Shown here: piece by piece, positions 10,605 through 18,554 of the stretch
Layout: every line of letters begins with the position of its first letter
Position numbering within the stretch: the first letter of the stretch is position 1
Source: Dimorphilus gyrociliatus
Lineage: Eukaryota > Animalia > Annelida
Assembly: GCA_904063045.1 (NCBI GenBank)
Contig: CAJFCJ010000184.1
Coordinates: 10,212-47,903 of the forward strand
Length of the DNA: 37,692 nt
Direction: 5' to 3'
The notes under the pieces: generated by a model
Database searches by the model: none
What the model was told of the DNA's origin: nothing
The model's input: the letters and a program-made list of their open reading frames with translations, nothing else
Program-made: the position numbers and the translations under genes

Positions 10605-11665
10605 AAATAAAAGCATTTAATTAAACATCAACTTACATAAAAAACTCATCAACTAACTATCAAAGAAAAATTTTCAGCAAACATTAACTAAAGCATCTGG
10701 GGATATATCCCTGCCATACCCTTCCGGGCTTCGACTCTCGGAGGTCTTGAGGAGTGGCTATTACCACTCCCCACAGTTTGCGGACAGGCCTGCTCCCTTC
10801 AGAGCTAGCACCCACCCATTCCACATACACCTTGCGGTGCCTGCAGCGCGACACCTGTGCATCTCGAGTTACGGCAACAGCTGCACAGGCCACCGAGGAC
10901 TATCGGCATCCCGTTCCCCTCCTAGGAACACCTCCATCCAGCTACCCGAAGACAGAGGTTTTTGGTTGTTGTCTGACTCTTAGCTACTCATAATCACTGC
11001 TTACTGGACTTAGGTCTCTGCCAGTTATACTCAACATCTACACTTCAATCAGCTTGCCTATCTTCATGGCAAGGAGCTTAATCATTGCATCTCCATTCCT
11101 AACTCGTTCTGGCGAGCGGGTCCAGCTAGGCCATCCAGATACCTCTTCTATTGCCAGACTCCGCTATGATACCTACCTCTACATGGTACTCCTGCCGACC
11201 ACTTCTACTTTGTTTGCGGCGCTGACCTAGGCAGGGTCTAGGGCGTTCCTTTGCTTGGGCAATCCCCGGCCGTGGGTCGTGAGGACTTCGACCCAGTCGT
11301 GCAGATACCTTCCCATCCTGAGTGATCCTACCGTCCCTGTGTCAGGGGTGTCTACTCATACCCAACCACAGGCAGGCTCACTGACTTCCCTGTCTCTGCC
11401 TCATACACAAGCCTTCACTAAGCTCTTCAGCTCATCTGCCTTCGAGTCCCTGCATGGTACTCTGCACACCCCACCTCACTACTAGTCACGCATCCTACTA
11501 CGCTAGTTTTATAGTATCTTACCAAGGAGTATCCTCACAGTATCGACTCAGACCCAGATAGATTGTGGGTATCTGGGGATGCCTAGTATCCATGCTTGCA
11601 CTGTCATTAGCCGTCTCCCGACGTTACCAAGACGAACCACGTGGAGGTTACAGTGCTGTCGTCTC
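10605..11665 (-). mobile_element. Non-autonomous non-LTR element (SIDE/SINE-like), copy 1, with ribozyme head and LINE-shared tail
   Basis: ~1060 bp, GC-rich, near-identical to 16385-17428, with no credible long ORF. It shares with the LINE the 3' tail, CTCGGAGGTC, and the ~40 bp CACCGAGGACTATCGGCATCCCGyTCCCCTCCTAGGA (LGGERDADSPR on the minus strand). Confidence 0.85.
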
Positions 11666-11760
11666 AGCTCTTCAGCTCATCTGCCTTCGAGTCCCTGCAT
11701 GGTACTCTGCACACCCCACCTCACTACTAGTCACGCATCCTACTACGCTAGTTTTATAGT
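11421..11760. repeat. 95 bp direct repeats (11421-11515 and 11666-11760) flanking the ribozyme segment
   Basis: AGCTCTTCAGCTCATCTGCC...CGCTAGTTTTATAGT occurs twice here and once more at 17191-17285. Confidence 0.95.
11598..11665 (-). ncRNA. HDV-like self-cleaving ribozyme, intact copy
   Basis: Minus-strand RNA: GAGACGA(P1) CA GCACUGU(P2) A ACC(P3) UCCACGU(L3) GGU(P3') UCGUCUU(P1') GG(P1.1) UAA CGUC-GGGA-GACG(P4) GCUAAUG(J4/2, catalytic C) ACAGUGC(P2'). A G1-U wobble lies at the predicted cleavage site. Folded by hand. Confidence 0.9.
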
Positions 11761-11937
11761 AAAAAAATTTTTAAAAAAAATTTTTTTTAAAATAAAAGCA
11801 TTTAATTAAACATCAACTTACATAAAAAACTCATCAACTAACTATCAAAGAAAAATTTTCAGCAAACATCAACTAAAGCATCTGGGGATATATCCCCACC
11901 TTACCTTTCCAGGCATTGGTTCTCGGAGGTCGAATAT

Positions 11938-13047
11938 TTAGCTCTCCTGATTAGAAAGGCTATAAGCCCTTCTCTTCAGGATAGCTTGAAGATACCTGGC
12001 TGTTGAGGCCAGGACCAAATAACACCGAGGACTATCGGCATCCCGCTCCCCTCCTAGGAGCACCCCGACTGTGGTATCACGATCGAGGTTTTTGTTAAGT
12101 ATCGAAGAGTATATTTCTATACTCCTCCTATCCTCTTCGTATCCAGGACAATCAAGAAGTAGGTGATAGATATCTTCTTCTACTCCTCTCTTGCACACTA
12201 GACACTTAGAGTAAAATTCACTGGATACCTTTCCTAGCATGACTAGGCGAGGTACAAAGTGGAATGCTCCTGCCCTCAACTTGAGGAGAGCATACCATCC
12301 AGCGCCTCTGTACCTCAAGGATGCTCTGGGCACGTTCACATCAGCGACTCGCCACCTATCTCTCATCCTTGAGATAACGCTAGAGTGTCTAGCGATTTTC
12401 CTACTCTCCAGACTCCGCTTGGCAATAGAAGGAGCTTGCCTTGCCTCACTGTCCAGTGCAGTAGGCGCATACCTTTTGAGCCATCGGGTTGTACGCGTCA
12501 CCCATGTTGTTTTCTTTGCTTTTATAGGATTATCAATGAAGCTACTCATGTATGTACGTGAGTATCTCCACTTCCTATAGGCCCTGGTTCGCATCCTGGC
12601 AGCGAACACATCGACCATCTCAATGCATAAGTCCTTATACATTGATAGTCTGTTGAACATCTTTGAGACATTCATTGCCATTGCTACTCCGTTGTCCATG
12701 ATCCTCTGCAGTCTTCTGCATCGAGTGGAGTTCATACCAATCATTTCTACACCATAGGTTACGATTGGCATGAGCACTCCTCTGAGAACCCTTACCTTGT
12801 GGTACATTCCAATGGAGGGATTACGCAAGAGTGTTTGACACTGGAGCAGTGCCAATCGTCCCTGCTCCACTCTCCTATCCAGATGAGCATCGTCACCAAG
12901 GTCATTGGATATCTGGATACCAAGGTAGGTATAGGACTGCACCATCGGAATCACTTGATTACCATAGTGTATGTCACTATCCACCAGTGGTTGGGACGCT
13001 CCTACTATCATGTAGCCACTCTTTGCGCCATTGACACCCATCCCCAT
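11938..13047 (-). CDS. LINE ORF C-terminus (RT thumb region and CCHC zinc knuckle)
   Basis: SYTYLGIQI, YGVEMIG and the CLVC..H..DC motif, continuing the RT ORF. Confidence 0.9.
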   Translation of the reverse strand: MGMGVNGAKSGYMIVGASQPLVDSDIHYGNQVIPMVQSYTYLGIQISNDLGDDAHLDRRVEQGRLALLQCQTLLRNPSIGMYHKVRVLRGVLMPIVTYGVEMIGMNSTRCRRLQRIMDNGVAMAMNVSKMFNRLSMYKDLCIEMVDVFAARMRTRAYRKWRYSRTYMSSFIDNPIKAKKTTWVTRTTRWLKRYAPTALDSEARQAPSIAKRSLESRKIARHSSVISRMRDRWRVADVNVPRASLRYRGAGWYALLKLRAGAFHFVPRLVMLGKVSSEFYSKCLVCKRGVEEDIYHLLLDCPGYEEDRRSIEIYSSILNKNLDRDTTVGVLLGGERDADSPRCYLVLASTARYLQAILKRRAYSLSNQES

Positions 13048-14252
13048 ATGCTACACCACTGTTGTAGCTTAATGAGGTTGAATGCCATATCCTCAGCGCT
13101 TTCTGCTAGCAGTACGGTGTCGTCGGCGAAGAGCAGTCCAGGTACTCTTTCAGCCAACCCATCTACCTCTACACCTCTCATTCCTGAGAAGATGTCATTA
13201 ATATAGAGATTGAATAGGAGGGGAGAGAGTGGACAACCTTGTCTCAGCCCCACAGTATAGTCGAAGCTATCTGTCATAGAGTCCCCTATTCGTACTCTAC
13301 ATTGCACATTCCTGTACAATCTGCTAACAAATCCGCGGTAGCATGCAGAGACTCCAATATCTGCCATCTTACCAAGCAGTTTGTCGTGAGGCACCATGTC
13401 ATAGGCTTTCTTAAAGTCTATGAATACTACAAAGGTGTCCTTACCTTTTATTTTTCTTCTCTTTAGAAGCTCTGTGAGAGTAGATGCTTGTGTTACGCAT
13501 TCCTCGAGACTTCTGAATCCTGCTTGGTATCTGCCTAGGAGATTATTCTCTTCCACCTCTTGTCTCATTTTTATTTCTACTATCTTAGTAGCAATCTTGA
13601 GCTGGGAAGAGATTAAGGATATCCCCCTGTAGTTGGAAGGATCACTCCTCTCTCCTTTCTTGAAGATAGGAACAATGATGCTAACATTGTCCCTAGAGGG
13701 AATGTCTTGGTTAATCAGTTCATTCATCTGAGAGACCATTGCCTTAGTCATCAGGCTTCTTCCCTCTCTATCACCCTCCAGGAGCTTATAGAACTCTGAT
13801 GGTATCTCGTCTGCTCCTGGCGCCTTGTTTCGCGGTGTTACTTTGATTGCTAAACGTACTTCAGGCCATTTTACGGTGATAGATCCTTGTATTACTGGGA
13901 TGTCCCTATATTGACCTTGTGAGAGTGACTTGAAGTAGCTGTACCAGGAGTTTAGGATTTGATCCTTGGTGACTGCTAACTTATTAGTCTGTGGATCTCT
14001 GATAGCAGCATTACTGACTGCACCTCTTACAGCTCCTCTGAAAGAGTTGATCCACCTCCACATGTCCCGAGACCTGTTGGCAGTCGTAAGGTCTATGCCT
14101 TTCTGGACATACCTATCCCAGTTTTTCTTTCGACAGGCTAGTATGAGTTTTTTGGATCTAGTCCATAGTTCCTCATACTTAGCTTTGTCTTCTTCGGTGT
14201 TCAATCCTGATGCTCTCAGCTTCCTTCGCTGGTCAATGCATCTGATTGTCAC
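13008..14252 (-). CDS. LINE reverse transcriptase domain (fragment of a frameshifted polyprotein)
   Basis: 414 aa ORF containing the non-LTR RT motifs. It joins ORF 11938..13047 by a frameshift at a G-run near 13040 (QQWCSIWG/MGVNGAKS). Confidence 0.95.
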   Translation of the reverse strand: MTIRCIDQRRKLRASGLNTEEDKAKYEELWTRSKKLILACRKKNWDRYVQKGIDLTTANRSRDMWRWINSFRGAVRGAVSNAAIRDPQTNKLAVTKDQILNSWYSYFKSLSQGQYRDIPVIQGSITVKWPEVRLAIKVTPRNKAPGADEIPSEFYKLLEGDREGRSLMTKAMVSQMNELINQDIPSRDNVSIIVPIFKKGERSDPSNYRGISLISSQLKIATKIVEIKMRQEVEENNLLGRYQAGFRSLEECVTQASTLTELLKRRKIKGKDTFVVFIDFKKAYDMVPHDKLLGKMADIGVSACYRGFVSRLYRNVQCRVRIGDSMTDSFDYTVGLRQGCPLSPLLFNLYINDIFSGMRGVEVDGLAERVPGLLFADDTVLLAESAEDMAFNLIKLQQWCSIWGWVSMAQRVAT

Positions 14253-14429
14253 CTTATCAAGGATAACTGTCCTCTTCTCCTCTTTGAAGTCATAGAGGTT
14301 GAGATTATTCAGTATCCTCTTTGCAGTGGTACCATCTCTGGCTCATCTGTCCAGTGCTTATGATGGATGATCCTTTCCCACTGCTGGGCCATTCTCTTCC
14401 TACTTACTATACTCTTTGGCTGTTCAGCA

Positions 14430-15258
14430 GGTACTTGAAGCCCTGTGATCTTGATTAGAACTGGTTTATGATTGGACAGATCCCAGTTCTCGATCACTTG
14501 TTGACTAATAGGGCTTTCACCTTTAGTCTGGACAAGGAAGTCTATAGGAAATCCTCGTCTGTTCCCGTCGACTCTCCATCAAGTCCTCCTTGTCATTGTG
14601 AGGATCTCAGGGTTAGCAAGGGTTATTTGCTCCGCTAATAACCGCTTCTGCACAGTCTCAGGCTTGGAGTTACAGTCCCCTACGGTGACCACCTCGTCAA
14701 ACCGATCCTTGTGCTTCCTCAGCAACGCACCAAGTCTCTTGTATGCCTGCTTGCGGTTATCGAGTCCATGAGGAATGTATACATTGACACACAGTACCTT
14801 CTTAGGTCTTGTGTCAAGAGCAACTGCTATGAAATTGCTATCTACATGGACTAGGGTGACTGGTTCCTAATCCGGTTCCTGACAGCAAGGAATAGTCCTC
14901 GCTTGCCCAGGTCGTCCTCTTTGTCTGAGGAGTATATGGTGTAGCCACCTATCTTAGGTGTTCTGCCTGCCCATAGAGTCTCCTGTATGGCTACAATGTC
15001 AGGCTTCTCGCGCGACAGGTATAGCCATATCTCAGACAATTTGGTTCGGATGCCATTGATGTTATAGCTAAGGATCTTGAGAGTTTCGATCTCTTGCTTA
15101 GGACATCGTGTGGTCTTACTCCGACCTTTGGTGGACTCCTTGATCCACCAATTCTCTCTTCTAGCTAAGGCTTTTAGCCTATCATTGCTAACAAGAGGCT
15201 GTTTGTTGACTATTACATCTAGTCTTTGGCAACCATTTGGTTGCCTTATTCGCTTCAC
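14430..15258 (-). pseudogene. LINE apurinic-like endonuclease domain, frameshifted
   Basis: Motifs are split across ORF 14851..15258, an unlisted frame (VNVYIPHG..VTVGDCNS) and ORF 14309..14497 (WDLSNHKPV). Confidence 0.85.
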
Positions 15259-15791
15259 CTTGGCCTGCTTGAGGCCGAGGTGTTTTCAAGCTTGGAGCTC
15301 ACCAGGTCCCTTTGACCCATGGGAGTCCCCACAAACAATACTTTCTTCCAGTCTCTAGGCTCTTATTCCCAGCCCCTGGTAAGCCAGGCTGGCGGCCATT
15401 CATGATCGTCGGGCTGAGTCAACCTTCTCAGCCCGGTAAAAGAACCTTCTGGGTTCTCTAGAACCCTTCAGGGGTGGCCTTGTCCAACACCCTGGAAAAT
15501 GCTATGTTTGGGCCTCTTTGGCCCATTAAGTAGACATTGTGGCTCCTCGCCCTTCGAGCCACTCCTCGAGCTGGGCCCTTTTGGGTGCCTCAGCATGACG
15601 AAGCCTTCATTGATCAGCGCAGCATAAACCCTCTTTATTGTGAGGTTAGCTGCTCTGATCTCCAGCTTGTCCATCCATGTCCTCACCTGACAGGTCATGG
15701 ATATTCTTATTTTCTTTTTCTTTAGAATCTCCATCACCTGTTCAGGTGAGGTAAAGACTGGTACCTGCAGATATGCATACTTCCAGTATGA

Positions 15792-16384
15792 NNNNNNNNN
15801 NNNNNNNNNNNNNNNNNNNNNNNNNNNNNNNNNNNNNNNNNNNNNNNNNNNNNNNNNNNNNNNNNNNNNNNNNNNNNNNNNNNNNNNNNNNNNNNNNNNN
15901 NNNNNNNNNNNNNNNNNNNNNNNNNNNNNNNNNNNNNNNNNNNNNNNNNNNNNNNNNNNNNNNNNNNNNNNNNNNNNNNNNNNNNNNNNNNNNNNNNNNN
16001 NNNNNNNNNNNNNNNNNNNNNNNNNNNNNNNNNNNNNNNNNNNNNNNNNNNNNNNNNNNNNNNNNNNNNNNNNNNNNNNNNNNNNNNNNNNNNNNNNNNN
16101 NNNNNNNNNNNNNNNNNNNNNNNNNNNNNNNNNNNNNNNNNNNNNNNNNNNNNNNNNNNNNNNNNNNNNNNNNNNNNNNNNNNNNNNNNNNNNNNNNNNN
16201 NNNNNNNNNNNNNNNNNNNNNNNNNNNNNNNNNNNNNNNNNNNNNNNNNNNNNNNNNNNNNNNNNNNNNNNNNNNNNNNNNNNNNNNNNNNNNNNNNNNN
16301 NNNNNNNNNNNNNNNNNNNNNNNNNNNNNNNNNNNNNNNNNNNNNNNNNNNNNNNNNNNNNNNNNNNNNNNNNNNNNNNNNNNN
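15792..16384. other. Assembly gap (593 N)
   Basis: Run of N characters. Confidence 1.
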
Positions 16385-17367
16385 TTTAAAATAAAAGCAT
16401 TTAATAACACATAACCTACATAAAAAACTCACACTACTATAAGAAAAATTTCAGCAAACATCAACTAAAGCATCTGGGATATATCCCTCCATACCTTCCG
16501 GCTTCGACTCTCGGAGGTCTTGAGGAATGGCTATTACCACTCCCCACAGTTTGCGGACAGGTCTGCTCCCTTCAGAGCTAGCACCCACCCATTCCACATA
16601 CACCTTGCGGTGCCTGCAGCGCGACACCTGTGCATCTCGAGTTACGGTAACAGCTGCACAGGCCACCGAGGACTATCGGCATCCCGTTCCCCTCCTAGGA
16701 ACACCTCCATCCAGCTACCCGAAGACAGAGGTTTTGGTTGTTGGTCTGACTCTTAGCTACTCATAATCACTGCTTACTGGACTTAGGTCTCTGCCAGTTA
16801 TACTCAACATCTACACTTCAATCAGCTTGCCTATCTTCATGGCAAGGAGCTTAATCATTGCATCTCCATCCTAACTGTTCTGGCGAGCGGGTCCAGCTAG
16901 GCCATCCAGATACCTCTTCTATTGCCAGACTCCGCTATGATAACTACCTCTACATGGTACTCCTGCCGACCACTTCTACTTTGTTTGCGGCGCTGACCTA
17001 GGCAGGGTCTGGGGCGTTCCTTTGCTTGGGCAATCCCCGGCCGTGGGTCGTGAGGACTTCGACCCAGTCGTGCAGATACCTTCCCATCCTGAGTGATCCT
17101 ACCGTCCCTGTGTCAGGGGTGTCTACTCATACCCAACCACAGGCAGGCTCACTGACTTCCCTGTCTCTGCCCATACACAAGCCTTCACTAAGCTCTTCAG
17201 CTCATCTGCCTTCGAGTCCCTGCATGGTACTCTGCACACCCCACCTCACTACTAGTCACGCATCCTACTACGCTAGTTTTATAGTATCTTACCAAGGAGT
17301 ATCCTCACAGTATGACTCAGACCCAGATAGATTGTGGGTATCTGGGGCGTGCCTAGTATCCATGCTT

Positions 17368-17428
17368 GCACTGTCATTAGCCGTCTCCGACGTTACCAAG
17401 ACGAACCACGTGGAGGTTACAGTGCTGT
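17368..17428 (-). ncRNA. 5'-truncated HDV-like ribozyme lacking the P1 5' strand
   Basis: Same core as 11598-11658, but GAGACG is replaced by A-rich sequence (AAAAAC), so P1 cannot form. Confidence 0.75.
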
Positions 17429-17507
17429 GTTTTTTATATTTCAAGATCCTCACAGTATGAACTCAACCCAGATAGATTGGGTATCTGGGGTGCTAGTATC
17501 CATGCTT

Positions 17508-17574
17508 GCACTGTCATTAGCCGTCTCCCGACGTTACCAAGACGAACCACGTGGAGTTACAGTGCTGTCGTCTC
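17508..17574 (-). ncRNA. HDV-like ribozyme directly downstream of the LSU rRNA
   Basis: Identical to 11598-11665 except for one missing C in P3 (GUAACUCCACG versus GUAACCUCCACG), which may be a homopolymer error. Confidence 0.8.
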
Positions 17575-17629
17575 ACCATGCGTTCATTTTATCTCTCTAG
17601 ATGAGCTTTAATTTCTACAATGTGTAGGA

Positions 17630-17883
17630 TAGAACGACGGTAAGGACTGCGCCGTGCCTCAAATGCTCGCTTGCGCTCGCACCTTACAGCAGGCCGTCCA
17701 TGTCGTGTCGTTTTCACGTCCGCCTTCCGACCTTGGGCCCGGTTTCTAGCTTAGAGGCTTTCAGCTATACTCCGGTAGACGTAGCTCCGCGACATGCCCG
17801 TCCGGACAATCGCTCCACCAGTGGTCTCATAGGTCCTTCCTTTCGTACTACTCCCTACTCCCCGCAGTCGTCTGTAGGTAGGA

Positions 17884-17930
<47 letters not shown>

Positions 17931-18515
17931 ATTAGTGGGTGAACAATCCAACACTTCGGCGCTCCTGCACGCCGATGGTAGGAAGAGCCGACATCGAAGA
18001 ATCAAAAAGCCGCGTCGCTTTCTGCGCTCGACGGCCACAAGCCAGTTATCCCTGCGGTAACTTTTCTGTCACCCACCTCACAACTGCGGTGTCAAGGTGG
18101 GATCCCTAGGCCTGGGTTTCCCCGCACGTACTCATCATCGTACGCTCAAGCACTCTCAAGCCCTTATGCTCCACGCGGGTTTTCCCGTCCCGCTGCGAGT
18201 ACCTTCGGTCAGCTGCGTTCTGCTCCTGCAGCTGTGCCGCCCCAGCCAAACAGTCCATCTAGCATCCATCCCCGAGGGTGTGCCATGAGCTCCGACGCGT
18301 AGTGGTCTTTCACTTCCGCGTTGCCGCTCCCACCTCCCTACATCACGTCGCAGCTCACCGCTCTGCTACACTACTGTGAAGCTCAACAGGGTCTTCTTTC
18401 CCCGCCTACATCGCCAAGCCCGTTCCCTTGGCACGTGGGTTCGCTAGTCTGCAGGTAGGGACAGTGGGAATCTCGTCTTTCCATTCATGCGCGTCACCAA
18501 TTAAGTGACGAGGCG

Positions 18516-18554
<39 letters not shown>

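Larger units (their letters stand above)
11789..15791 (-). mobile_element. APE-RT non-LTR retrotransposon (LINE); 5' end lost in the gap
   Basis: APE motifs (ILSYNINGI, IVAIQET, VNVYIP, VGDCNS, IDF, SNH), RT motifs (YRGISL, QAGFR, FIDFKKAYDMV, GLRQGCPLSPLLFN, LLFADD), a C-terminal CxxC..H....C knuckle (CLVCKRGVEEDIYHLLLDC), and a ~150 nt 3' UTR ending in an A/T run. Confidence 0.95.
16385..17574 (-). mobile_element. Non-autonomous element copy 2 with a duplicated ribozyme head, abutting the LSU 3' end
   Basis: The body matches 10680-11660. The head segment appears twice (~17298-17428 and ~17445-17574), separated by a ~16 nt AT-rich spacer. The tail is type B. Confidence 0.85.

Noticed and set aside
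10368-10720. Repeat-spacer-like pattern suggesting a CRISPR array
   Set aside because: The units are ~80-120 bp retroelement tails with A/T linkers, there are no unique spacers or cas genes, and the context is eukaryotic.
11089-11100. 12-mer AGGAATGGAGAT shared between the element body and the rDNA ITS region
   Set aside because: A single short purine-rich match with no extension; plausible by chance.
10684-11809. Short ORFs within the non-autonomous element (also 16451-17600)
   Set aside because: They overlap in several frames, have no domain signal, and differ in length between the two copies.
12239-15725. Plus-strand ORFs across the LINE
   Set aside because: They are antisense shadows of the RT/APE coding strand.
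15697-16432. Four ORFs of more than 200 aa
   Set aside because: They are made almost entirely of X residues from the N gap.
18510-18540. R2 element insertion in the LSU
   Set aside because: The target TTAAGGTAGCCAAA is uninterrupted, and the LINE found is APE-type and lies outside the rRNA.
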